Below the pieces are notes generated by a model. It was not told the origin of the DNA, made no database searches, and saw only the letters and a list, made by a program, of their open reading frames with translations. The position numbers and the translations under genes were made by a program. Below are positions 37,259 to 49,740 of a stretch of DNA of 64,000 nt, in pieces (positions within the stretch are counted from its first letter, which is position 1; every line of letters starts with the position of its first letter). Source of the DNA: Octopus sinensis (taxonomy: Eukaryota); contig NW_021835954.1 in the NCBI RefSeq assembly GCF_006345805.1, positions 216,549 to 280,548 of the forward strand, read 5' to 3'.

Positions 37259-37919
37259 ATCTAAAGAGTCTTTCTTTTAAATGTGTGAAGCATATCTGGC
37301 TGTTACTTCTCGCAATTTGACATGCAGCCTATATTCTCTTTCATCTGTTTTATTTTCAGGTTCAAGAGTTATCTTGTTTAAAGGTAAATACCACGACACG
37401 TTAATAGTCTTCTTCGTCCTTGGGAAGGTCCGAGGCATAGGCTTTCATAACTGTTTCTGGTTTAGGTAAAGGGCTAGTAATTTTTGAGGGGAGGGCATTA
37501 AACGATAAAATCAACCCCAGTACTTCGCTGATTCTTCAATCTATCGAACCCGTAAAGATGAAAGGCAAAGTTGACCTCGGAAGAATTTGAACTCAGAACT
37601 TAAAGAGCCGGAAGAAACACGCAAGGTATTTTCTCCGACGCTGTAGCGATTCTGCTGGCGCTTGCTTTAGACTATATTTAGATTCAATAATTCTGATTCA
37701 GGTACAAGATCAGCAACGCTGAATGTGAGCACAGTACATAGCTGGTACTTTATTCTATCGACTTCGAAAGAGGAAAGACGAATTTGATCCCGGTCGTATT
37801 TCAACTCAGTCAAGAGCCAGATAAAGTTCTTTATGGCATTCTTCTCCCGACACTCTTGCCAGTCTGCCAATTCGCATCTATGTTTCTGTCCATGGATTTC
37901 CTTTATTTTTTAAAATCTT

Positions 37920-38127
37920 TTACTTGCTTCAGTCATTTGACTGCGGCCATGCTGGAGTGTCACCTTAAAGGGTTCTTAGTCGAACAAATCGACCCTACGA
38001 CTAACCTTTTTAAACCTGATACTTATTCTATCGGTCTCTTTTGCTGAACCGTTACAATACGGTGACGTAAACACACCAACATAGTTTGTCAAGAGGTGGG
38101 GAAGGGACGAACAAAGACACACAGAAA

Positions 38128-38182
<55 letters not shown>

Positions 38183-38330
38183 ATATACGATGAGCTTTCT
38201 TCAGTTTCCGCCTACCAAAATCCACTCACAAGACTTTAGTCAGCCCGAAACTATAGTAGAAGACACTTGCCCAAGGTGCCACGCAGTGGGACTTAACCCG
38301 GAACCATGTGGTTGGGAGGTAAGCTTTTTA

Positions 38331-38335
<5 letters not shown>
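37920..38335 (-). mobile_element. SINE family C with internal (CTAT)n
   Basis: Reverse complement of the family seen at 52870-53280. Confidence 0.8.
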
Positions 38336-38364
<29 letters not shown>

Positions 38365-38620
38365 GCGCGCGCACGCACACGCACGCACACACACACATAC
38401 ACACAGACATAACAGAGTTATTAGTGAGGGATTATCAATCTGGGCAAAATACTTTATAATCTCTCTGCTAGAACACCAGGCTAACAATATTGTTTAGATT
38501 AGTGAAGAATTTCGCATAATCTTGTGGCAGGATACGTGGTTGTACTTCATCACCATTCTGTATTGTAAATCCATGGTTGTGTTCTAGTTATACTGGCTTT
38601 TACAGAGTGATATACAAGTA

Positions 38621-39042
38621 TACAAGACAAGGCATAAATAATAGCCATTACATATTTATCTTTATTGTAGTAAATTCGAATTCCAGCTGTTTCCAGTCGT
38701 CATTATAGGTTGGTTATGGATAAGTTTACTCAATCAGTTGAGAAGAATTGATCGACCTAGAAAATTAATGCAACTTTCGTCAGATACATTTCAAGTTAGA
38801 ATCAAGCAGAACACCAAATACCTGTACCGTTCCTTCAGTGTTCTCTTTGGTTCTAACCCGAAATGACTGACGAAAGTAGCATTAATCTTTTTAGGTCGTT
38901 CAATTCTTCTCAACTAATCAATGGGCTGATTGAGTAAACCTATCAATAACCAACCTATAATGATTACTGGAAACAGCTGGAAGTCAAATTTACTACAATA
39001 AAGAAAAATATGTAACGGCTATTATTTATGCCTTGTCTTATA
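38621..39042. repeat. ~420-bp fold-back (palindromic MITE-like) element
   Basis: Arm 38621-38813 pairs with arm 38838-39042 across a ~24-bp spacer, for example AAGACAAGGCATAAATAATAGCC with GGCTATTATTTATGCCTTGTCTT. Confidence 0.9.
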
Positions 39043-40073
39043 ATACATATATGACACAGTAGAGAGGAAATTTATTACAGTAGACATTACCGTATTGAGA
39101 GCTGATGGGTTGGCTGTAATTTACATACGTTCGTCGTCATACTTTAAGTGGATCAGTCCCTTGTCAATGCCATCAGTAATTTAAGTCTAAGACTAACTAT
39201 TGCAGCAAGCCCAGATATATAAACCTAACGACAAAGTTTTATGCAACACTGGTTTCAGATTTTGGCACAAGGCCAGCAATTTCCTTTGAGTGAGCAAGGG
39301 GATTACATCGATCCCACTGATCAGTTAGTACATATTCTCTTGGCCCTGAAAGGATGAAAGGTAAAGTCGGCCTCGGTGGAATTTAAACACAGAGCGTAAA
39401 GACGGACGAAATGCCGCAAAGCATCATGTCCGGTGTGCAAACGATTCTGCCAGCTGGCTACCCTAAAGTCATATGTAATACTGATTTCAAATTTTGGCAC
39501 AAGGTCAGTTATTTCAGGGGCAGGTGCTCAGTGGGCTATATCGACTCTATTGCTCAACTGGTACTAATTTTGTTGACCCCGAAAGGATGAAAGGCGTAGT
39601 CGACCTCGGCGTAATTTGAACTCAGAACGTAAAGACAGACAGAATACCTATTTATTTACTACCCACAAGGGGCTAAACACAGAGGGGATAAACAAGGACA
39701 GACAAACGCATTAAGTCGATTGTATCGATCCCAGTGCGTAACTGGTACTTAATTTATTGACTCCGAAAGGATGAAAGGCAAAGTCGACCTCGGCGGGATT
39801 TGAACTCAGAACGTAGCGGCAGACGAAATACCTATTTCTATTTCTTTACTACCCACAAGGGGCTAAACACAGGGAGGACAAACAAGGACCGAAAAAAGGG
39901 ATCAAGTCGATTATATCGACCCCAGTGCGTAACTGGTACTTATTTAATCGACCCCGAATGGATGAAAGGCAAAGTCGACCTCGGCGGAATTTGAACTCAG
40001 AACGTAGCGACAGACGAAATACCGCTAAGCATTTCCCATGGCATGCAAAGGATTCTGCCAGCTCGCCGCCTTC

Positions 40074-40106
<33 letters not shown>

Positions 40107-40110
<4 letters not shown>

Positions 40111-40510
40111 TTCATTTATTTGCCACAAGGGCAAAGGCTGAGCGGAACAATACAAAGATGGATATAAAGTGTTGGGGTTTACTTAAAATAAAATAAGAAA
40201 AAAGGAAAAAGAAAGAAAGTAAGTATACATGGTATACACTGAAAAAGAAAGGACATGCATAGCATCGAAACGTTAAAAATAGATAGGTAGGGGGGATGAT
40301 AGAAATGTGCCCTCCCCCTGCTCGATGAAGGCCTCTAGGGATAATCGAGGAACCCCACTGTCCAAGATTTCCCTGTACACAAACAGTAAGGGCCCTCTCC
40401 AATTCCCTCTCTCTGACTCACAGGTCTACACTTAAAGAGGTACCATCCACTCTTGCCATTTTCGCAACTTTCACCTTCTCTACCCTCAATTTCCTTTTCA
40501 AATGAAACTC
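40107..40510 (-). mobile_element. 3' fragment of a second L1/Tx1-like family, related to 32471-33540, ending in (TTA)n
   Basis: Manual translation FHLKRKLRVEKVKVAKMARVDGTSLSVDL* aligns with YHLKRKVRVER...VNVARMARMNDEATLSIIL*. 3' end GTGGCAAATAAATGAAATTTATT versus GTGGCCAATAAAGAAACTTATC. Confidence 0.7.
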
Positions 40511-40652
40511 CTTTCAACTAAAGGCACAAGGCCTGAAATTTGCGGGAGGGGGCTAGTCGATTATGTACCATAACTGGTATTAATTTCATCCACCCCGAAA
40601 GGATGACAGGCATGGACGACCTCGGCCGATATTAATAATAATAATAATAATA

Positions 40653-40690
<38 letters not shown>

Positions 40691-40890
40691 TAATAATAAT
40701 AATAACAGCAGCAGCAACAACGACAATAACAACAACAATGTTAAACTGCGTTAAGTAACACATGCTACCTTCCCCCTTTCCAAATACACTTGTGTCTTAA
40801 ATAGATGGATTTGCTTTTGTCTGTTTGTCTCTTTGGTGTTGTTTACACACACACACGCACACACACACACACACACACATACAAACGTAC

Positions 40891-40934
<44 letters not shown>

Positions 40935-41001
40935 TATGATAAAAGGCAGATTTTCTCTGCCTGTTCCCATGTTCCTTTTTAATACAATTCTACAATATAG
41001 A

Positions 41002-41460
41002 ATTTCTTCAATTGGAATTTACCTACGATTTTTACATGTAGATTCGATTGGGTCATGGCATATAAAGTTTTTTCAATTTGACCCCCAATTAAGCAAAAAT
41101 TCGAGAAAAGTAAATATTTTACGATTTGCCTCTCTAATTTCAACTGCTTCACTCATGCTATTACCATAATTTCTCCTACTTTCTCTTTGCAAGTGTACCT
41201 TAAACCACTACTCAAAAAAATACAGACCAAACAGAAACAAATAAATACATAACGATTTACTCCTCACACAATTTCTTCAATTGGAGTTTACCTATGATTT
41301 TTCCAAGTACATTCCATTCGGTCATGGCATATAAATTTCTTTCAATTTCACCCCCAATTAAGCAAAAATTCGAGAAAACTCAATATTTTACGATTTCCCT
41401 CTCTCACTTCAAAGGCTTTACTCCGCCTATTACCACACTTACTCCCACTTTCTCTTTACA
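41002..41460. repeat. Diverged tandem duplication, ~270-bp period
   Basis: AATTTCTTCAATTGGA(A/G)TTTACCTA...CCCCCAATTAAGCAAAAATTCGAGAAAA at 41002 and 41271. Confidence 0.8.
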
Positions 41461-41633
41461 CACATAGACACGCAAACGTATACATATATGACAGTGTCAA
41501 TTGTTGAAAGAAAATTGTAAGCTAAGAAGGTGTGTGTGTGTGTGTGTGTGTGTACGTGCATGTGTGTGTGTGAGTGTGTGTTTGTGAGAGTGTGTGTGTG
41601 TGTGTATGTATGTGTATTAATGCGTGTGTGTTA

Positions 41634-42023
41634 TCTCTCTCTATAGGAAGCTGAAGTTGTCTGTGTGCGCCAGGTTTGGTAGCCTTCAACTAACACTATC
41701 TCCTCCGAGACCCTGCGGCACAAGTTGACCAAAATCGAGAGTATGATAGAAGGGTTGCTCTTCCTTCCGTAGAAGATAAAATTAAAATCGGACCATGTTA
41801 ACACCAAAAATTATTTACATCAAAAAGGTGCTTTTTTCTATGAAAATCCCTATATTTTACGATTTTTTCACTGCTGTGTCGCCATTTTTCGGTGTATTTC
41901 AACCAGAAAAATGTTCACTTGAAGAGAATAACAGGCTACATAATGCAAATTTTTTACTTTTCAAAAATTCCAATTCCAGCGGGTCGAAACAAACCCGAGC
42001 AACGCCGGGCGATACTGCTAGTA
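41634..42023 (-). mobile_element. Apparently complete ~390-bp Helitron/Helentron-like non-autonomous element
   Basis: Head ATATACTAGCAGTATCGCCCGGCGTTGCTCGGG with a hairpin, tail ...AGACAACTTCAGCTTCCTATAGAGAGAGAT. No TIR or TSD. Class is inferred. Confidence 0.55.
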
Positions 42024-42049
42024 TATGTATATATATATACATACATGCA

Positions 42050-42124
<75 letters not shown>

Positions 42125-42169
42125 TATATTTGTATGTATATATATATGTATATGTATATATATATACAT

Positions 42170-42212
<43 letters not shown>

Positions 42213-42230
42213 GATGTATATACATAAATG

Positions 42231-42261
<31 letters not shown>

Positions 42262-42542
42262 TAATAAACATAAGTGTAGCAAAAAAATTCTCCGCTACCA
42301 GCGGTCTAGTGAGAAAGAAAAGATAGTCTAAGACTATATAATACACATTCAACAATATAAGGAATGGCCCTGATATGCCATTCGACTCACTAGAAAGAGC
42401 AGCCAAACTCAAACCGCTAAATAGTTGTAATTCTGAAATTGAAAGAGAAATAAAAATATTTACCCTTTTCATCTCTGGACTATGCATAGTTTCGACAAAC
42501 TTGTAAACAAATTAATGAAATTAAATTAAATTTATTTAAAAC

Positions 42543-42590
<48 letters not shown>

Positions 42591-42690
42591 GTATATTATA
42601 TATATATGTGTATATTTATATATATATATGTATATATATATATATGTGTATATACATATATACATACATGCATACATATATATATATATA

Positions 42691-42749
<59 letters not shown>

Positions 42750-44606
42750 ACATATGTATGTACGTATATGGTACATCTGTTTCCTATTCTGAATCCTCTG
42801 CCAGTTTCCAGCTAACTCGTCTCCTACCTATAAAACAAACCATATCGTCGTCACCATAATCAAAACTAGTGATTGTAGTAATAATAGTCGTGGTGGGGGT
42901 GGGGGATAATGGTGGGTAGCTGTGGTGGAAGGTGGTGGGTGGTTTATTAACTTGACAAAATCCAAAGGAACGTTTATTTTCTTGAGTCATCCACTCACAC
43001 ACACACACACATCTGATACATGTTAACTATATCTACAACCGCTCACAGCGTCTCTTTGTTACTCTCTTCCTCCTCCTCTTACACTTCCTCCCCTCTCTCC
43101 ATCCTCCCCTCCTGTTCCTCCTCATTTTCTGCCTTCTTTTGCCTCGTCCCTCCGTTTCCCTCCCTCATTCTCTTCCCAATCTTCTTGATTCTCATGCAGC
43201 CTCCTATATAAGATGAGCTTCTTTCAGTTTCCGTCCACCAAATCCACTCACAAGACTCTGCTTGGGCCGAGGTTATCGTAGAAGATACTTGCCAAAGGTG
43301 ACACGCAGTGGGACCGAAACCCGGAACCATATGGTTGGGAAGCAAGCTTCTTACCAAATGACTAGGTCTGCAACTATATAATTCCGTTATAAGGTTTCTA
43401 AGAATCAAGGCAGATCAACCAGAAATGGCACATCAACAAGAAATGGCACATCAAATAGTAATGGCACATCAGCCAGAACTGCGAGTTCTAACATAAAACT
43501 CGCAGTGAAATAAACAATATTCTCTTCTACTCTTGGCACAAGGCCCGAAATTTTCGGGGAGGGGGCCGGTCAATTAGATCGACCCCAGTACGCAACTGGT
43601 ACTTAATTTATCGACCTGGAAAGGATCAAAGGCAAAGTCGACCTAGGCGGAAATTGAACTCAGAACGTGAAGACAGACAAAATACTGCTAAACATTTCGC
43701 CTGGCGTGCTAACGTTTCTGCCAGCTCGCCGCCTTATTGATGACTTCAATTGTTGGCAGGATTCCGTAGATATGCAAAGAGAAAATCCAGTTTATAATCA
43801 TAGATCATGAGTGGTTTGTTGGTGTGGCGTCGGTGTAAGAAGTAAATGTCAAATAGCGTTTAAAATTCGCGACGGCTGTTTCGGTGGGGTTTTGCTTAAT
43901 CCTAAAAAAATTACATCATAATATACAATCCATATATATGAGTGCGTTTTGCGTGTGTGTATGTGTGAGTGTGTGAGTGTGTGTGTGTTGTGTGTGCGCG
44001 TGTGTGTGCACGGGTGTGTTTGTGACTGTGTTTGTCCCCCACCACCTCTTGATGTGTTTACGTCCTCGTAACTTAACGGTTCGACGATAGAGGCTAATAG
44101 AATAAGTACCAGGCTTAATATATAAGCACTAGGGTCGATTCATTCGACTAAAAAAATTCTTTAAGGCGGTGCCCTAGCATGGCCGCAGACTGAAACAAGT
44201 AAAAAATATATAAATACATATGTGTGTGTGTGTGTGTGTGTTTGTGTGTGTGTGTACGTACGAACATTCATACATATATGTGTGTGTGTGTGTGTGTGTG
44301 TGCGTATGGAGATGTGTGTGAATGTAAATTGCTTTGTAAAACGGAGAGGGTGGATGGGGGGGAATCGCCGTTGCTTGCAATACTACAAAAAATATTGTTT
44401 CAATTTACGTAAACAATGATGATCTCTCTTCGTCTCCCTCCCCCGTTCCCCCTCTCCTCTCCTCTCCCTCCCTACCTCAGCATCCCGTCAACCAGACTCT
44501 CTCTGCAACATTGTTACTATTTTCATCCGCTCTTTTCCTTTCTTACAGCCTTAACCTTTCATCTTTCAACTTTCCTCCTCCTCCTCCTCCTCCTCCTCCT
44601 CCTCAT

Positions 44607-44637
<31 letters not shown>

Positions 44638-44663
44638 ATCAGCAGCAGCAGCATCATCATCAG

Positions 44664-44694
<31 letters not shown>

Positions 44695-45624
44695 ATAATC
44701 ATCGTTGTTATCACTATCGTCAGCTCCATCTTCATTATCATCATCTTGATCACCATCATCATCGTTGTCGTCATCTTCATCGTCATCAATCATCGTAATC
44801 ACCATCACCTTCATCATCATCGTTGTCGTCATCGTTATCATCGTCATCTTCCCCATGTTCTATTTAACCACGCCGGGTTTAACATCGCCCATCTGTCTCT
44901 CTGCTAGAGAAGCACCGGTCATACATAGAGGAATTAACCAACCAACTAATACATCTTTATGATATTTTAGTATGTGGCGAGCTGGCAGAAACGTTAGCAC
45001 GCCGGGCGAAAGGCTTTGTGATATTTCGTCTGCCGTTACGTTCTGAGTTCAAATTCCGCCGAGGTCGACTTTGCCTCTCATCCTTTCGGGGTCGATAAAT
45101 TAAGTACCAGTTACGCACTGGGGTATATATAATCGACTTAATCCGTTTGTCTGTCCTTGTTTGTCCCCTCTGTGTTTAGCCCCTTGTGGGTAGGTATTTC
45201 GTCTGCTGTTACGTTCCGAGTTCAAATTCAGCCGCGGTCGACTGTGCCTTTCATCTTTCCGAGATCGATAAATTAAGTACCAGTTGCGTAATGGGTCGAG
45301 CTAATTGATTGTTCCCCCTCATATATATATATTTCTTTACTACCCACAAGGGGCTAAACATAGAGGGGACAAACAAGGACAGACAAGGGATTAAGTCGAT
45401 TACATCGACCCAGTGCGAAAACTGGTACTTTATTTATCGACCCCGAGAGGATGAAAGGCAAAGTCGACCTCGGCGGAATTTGAACTCAGAACGTAACGAC
45501 AGACGAAATACCGCTAAGCATTTCGCCCGGCGCGCTAACGTTTCTGCCAGCTCGCCGCCTTCCCCCTCATATATATATATGTGTGTGTGTATGTGCGTAC
45601 GTGCGTTCGTGTGTGTGCGTGCGC

Positions 45625-45847
45625 GGGTGCCTAGTGGTTAGGATGTTGCACTTACGATCGCCAGATCGCGGGTGCGATCTCCTGACTGGACGGCGCATTG
45701 TGTTCTTGAGCAAAACACTTCATTTCACTTTGATCCAGTCACTCTTCGATCAGGGGAAAATGTTGGTCAGCTCACCTAGCCAGTGGCAAAAGCGCATTAT
45801 GACCAGCGATGTGTAACAACATCTGATAGCCTGGTCGGTCATGTGAT

Positions 45848-45850
<3 letters not shown>
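45625..45850 (+). mobile_element. tRNA-derived SINE family D, degraded
   Basis: TAGTGGTTAG head and GTGTTCTTGAGCAAAACACTTCATTTCAC domain shared with about 36505-36740 and 63030-63320 (-). Confidence 0.6.
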
Positions 45851-45909
<59 letters not shown>

Positions 45910-46037
45910 CGGGAAGCTTTATGAAAATAGACAAAAGACGAAGGCAGGTTTACGGAAATAAACAAAAGACGAAGGCAGATGGAATACAAACAAACAATTG
46001 TATTAGTATGGCGCTCAGGAAATATAAATAAAACAAG

Positions 46038-46075
46038 TCTTTAACGTTTCGAGCCTACGCTCTTCAACAGAAAGA
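46038..46075 (-). ncRNA. Minimal type I hammerhead-like motif (CUGUUGA core)
   Basis: Minus strand: TCTTT | CTGTTGA-A | GAGC-gtag-GCTC | GAAA-CGT-T | AAAGA. Stem I 5 perfect bp, ACGT palindromic stem III. Flanks are homologous to those of the 25.8-26.0 kb motifs. Confidence 0.6.
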
Positions 46076-47579
46076 TACACAGAGAAGAAACACAGAAAGT
46101 AGGGGAGATGATACGTTGGATGATGATGGACCTTCCTGACGAAGACGACGTATGAGCGTTCATCTTTTTGCCGAACAACCTGTACAAATGTTTCGGTTCG
46201 TGATGCACATAAGCTCATTCCAGCCATCAAATCGATGTTGCCTGTACAAGTGCATTTGGTACCATGTGTCAGGTGTCGAAATGATCGCAGAGCAACGTAT
46301 TTGCGTGTGTGTGAGTATACGATGGGCTTCCCCACAGTTTCCATCCACCAAATTCACCAAGGTAACATTGGTCTGTCCGTGGCTATTGTAGAAAGTAACT
46401 TCGCAAACCACGTAGTGGCAAAACGAACTTGTTTACAACACGACCACCAAACTTTGGCTTACACTCTTCGAGGATCGATAAGTCAAGTATTAGTCAAACA
46501 ATAGGTACAATTGTATCGACTATACTCGCCTATTCTAGAACATTGTGGCCTTTTAAGCGCTATTTGACATTTACTTCCTACACCGACGCCACACCAACAA
46601 ACCACTCGTGATCTATGATTATAAACTGGATTTTCTCTTTGCATATCTACGAAATCTTGCCAACACTTGAAGTCTTCAATAAGGCGGCGAGCCGGCAGAA
46701 ACGTTAGCACGCCGGGTGAAATGCTTAGCAGTACTTTGTCTGTCTTCACGTTCTGAGTTCAATTTCCGCCTAGGTTGACTTTGCCTTTCATCCTTTCCGG
46801 GTCGATATATGAAATCACTATTGCTTCTTATCAAAACAGAATTGAGAATTTTGTTTCGTTTGCATGAATACACTTAAATATGAGACCGCTTTTCTTTTAT
46901 TATCGCACAAAAGAAAACTTCACTTCACTGATCAGATGCTTATGTAAACGGCTTAAGAAATGCCGTTTCGTATTTCATGCAGTGAACAACTGTCTTCCTT
47001 CTAATATTGGTTTCAAATTTTGGTATAAGGCCAGCAATTTCAAGGGGGGAGGATAAGTAGATTACATCGACCCCAGTGTTCAACTGGTACTTATTTTTAT
47101 CGAGCTGGCAGAAACGTTAGCACGCCGGGCGAAATGCGTAGCCGTAATTCGTCTGCCGTTACGTTCTGAGTTCAAATTCTGCCTTTCATTCTTTCCGGGT
47201 CTATAAATTAAGTACCAGTTACGCACTGGGGTCGATATAATCGACTTGATCCCTTTGTCTGTCCTTGTTTGTCCTCTCTGTGTTTAGCCCCTTGTGGCTA
47301 GTAAAGAAATAGCTACTTATTTTATCGATCCAGAATGGATAAAAGGCAAAGTTGGCCTCGGCGGAATTTGAACTCAGAACGTAAAGACGAACGAACTGCC
47401 GCTAAGCATTTTGCCCAGCGTACTAACAATTCCTCCATCTCACCGCCTTTTTGTTTCTTTCTTCAAATTATTGAGTTCAGATTATTCCAAGGAAGTTGCT
47501 TCAGCTGCTGTCGTTATTGATAATGTTGTTAAAAAAAAGTTATAATAAAAATCGTTGCGAGTTCGCATCAAAACATATC

Positions 47580-48140
47580 GTTATGGCCCTTTCCAACAGG
47601 TCGGTGTTTGGCACTCTGTCGAACCACTTCAGATGGCGGATCTGCCGGAGACATATGTCGATGACGGTCTGGATCTTCTTGTAGTTGCTGCAGGTGGCTC
47701 TCCATGTTTCAGAGCCATACAAAAGCACATATTTTACGTTTGGACTAAATAAGCGGAGTTTAGTTCGAGTTGAGATGGCAGTGGACTTCCATACCGGCCG
47801 AAGAATAATGAAGGCTTGCCAAGCCTTCTTGCTTCTTGCCGTGATGTCCTCGTCTGATCCACCTGATTTGGTGATCTTGCTGCCAAGATAGACAAACTCA
47901 CTAACTTCTTCCACAGGTTCCCCCTCGATTGTGATCGGCTCTTCCTGCTTGTTGTTGATTTGCAGCACTTTTGTCTTTTCCCGGCTGATCCTCAAGCCCA
48001 CTCGCCGTGAAGTTTCTGTCAGGTGGTCTACCTTATCTTGCATGCCTTGCAGGCGATGTGACAGTAGTGCGAGATCATCTGCGTAGTCCAAGTTCTCCAG
48101 CTTGTTCATCAATGTCCACTGAATACCTTTCCCAGAGGTA
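47580..48140 (-). mobile_element. RTE-like LINE RT fragment
   Basis: GIQWTLMNKLENLDYADDLALLSH...GLRISREKTKV...FVYLGS...LLYGSETW. Confidence 0.85.
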
Positions 48141-49117
48141 GCATAATTTTCTCTTAGTGCTGCCGAAATCAAAATTTAAACGACCGTAAAACGTAATAGG
48201 AGTTATGTCCTCATTAAACCGCGACCTGCCGGGAGAGGACGTTCAGCTGCAACTGGCAAGTTACAATTTACCACCCACGGCGCGATAGTTTCACGCAGGC
48301 TTCGAATGCTTTTTCTTACAACCATCGAAGCGCGAACGGAAGAGAAGAATACAAACAAGTTACAAACATGCCACCTCTCACACCTCTACCACGCAGCCTT
48401 GCAGCAATTTTCTTGTTTAAACAAATTTCATTCCGTTTCCTTCATAAATGATATCAGTTCATTGAAATATCAACGATACATAGGTTTTAGAGTGTTGGGC
48501 AAAATGCATGGCGGCATTTGTTACAGCTATTGATATTCTGAATTCGAATTCTGCCAAGATCAACTTCACCTTTCACTCCACTTCCTGGTCAAGTACAGGA
48601 GTTGATGTAATCGAGTGACCCCATCACTTCTTAAAACTGCTGGCCTTGTGCCTAATCACAAAATCAAAAATCTTTATATTTGTGCAATGCTTCCATAATA
48701 TCTCACCCCCAGATATATATCCTTTTTCTTCTATTTGTTTTAGTCCTTTGGCAGCGGTCATGCTGGGGCACCATCTTGAAGAATTCCAGTCGAATGAATT
48801 GACACCGATACTTGTTTTTCTTTTAAAGCCTGGTACTTACTCTATCGGTCTCTTTTGCCGAACCGCTAAGCAATGGGGACGTAACGTCACCAATACCAGT
48901 TGCCAAATGGTGGTAAGGGACAAACACAGACACAAATACATACATACACACATGCGCGCGTGTATACTACGGGCTTCTTGCAGTTTCCTTCTAACAAGTC
49001 CACTCACAAGAGTTCAGTCGGTCTGAGGCTGAAGTATAAGTGCCATTCAGTGGGACTGAACCCGGAATCCATGTTGTTGAAGCAAGTTTCTTACCACTCA
49101 GCCGCGCCCTCGCCTAT

Positions 49118-49148
<31 letters not shown>

Positions 49149-49253
49149 GAGTCGCCATGATAGATCGTTAGCCACTACACACATCTTTTTCTCTCCTTGT
49201 TTTTTCTGTGTCACCACCTGTCTTCGTCTTTTGCTTTTTTCGTAAACTCTCCC

Positions 49254-49350
<97 letters not shown>

Positions 49351-49642
49351 AAAAAAATACAAACTGGGACAGGAACGCAAAACATTTAGAAGACGATACA
49401 AAAAACACGGACGGGACATTCGAACCCTTCAATCTTCAGTCAAGAACCGAATCATCTTCGCAATTTCGGCTGATTAATCTTGAGATTGCTCCGATCTGGC
49501 CAGCCCCAAAGGAAAATCTAAGCCAAGCGCATTAGATTCCTTGGAAGAAAGCCTCGAATGTATACAAAACAAGGACGGAAAACCGGACGATGTTACACGA
49601 ATAAAAATACAAAAATACGTTAAAACAATAATGATAACACGA

Positions 49643-49740
<98 letters not shown>

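Noticed and set aside
44511-44856. Poly-Pro/His/Gln or poly-Asp/Glu ORFs
   Set aside because: Compound (CCT)n, (CAT)n and (CAG)n microsatellite, open in several frames on both strands, with no splice or homology support.
49400-49560. CTGAAGA plus hairpin on the minus strand as a ribozyme
   Set aside because: No GAAA or stem III in register. Probably part of an unclassified repeat.
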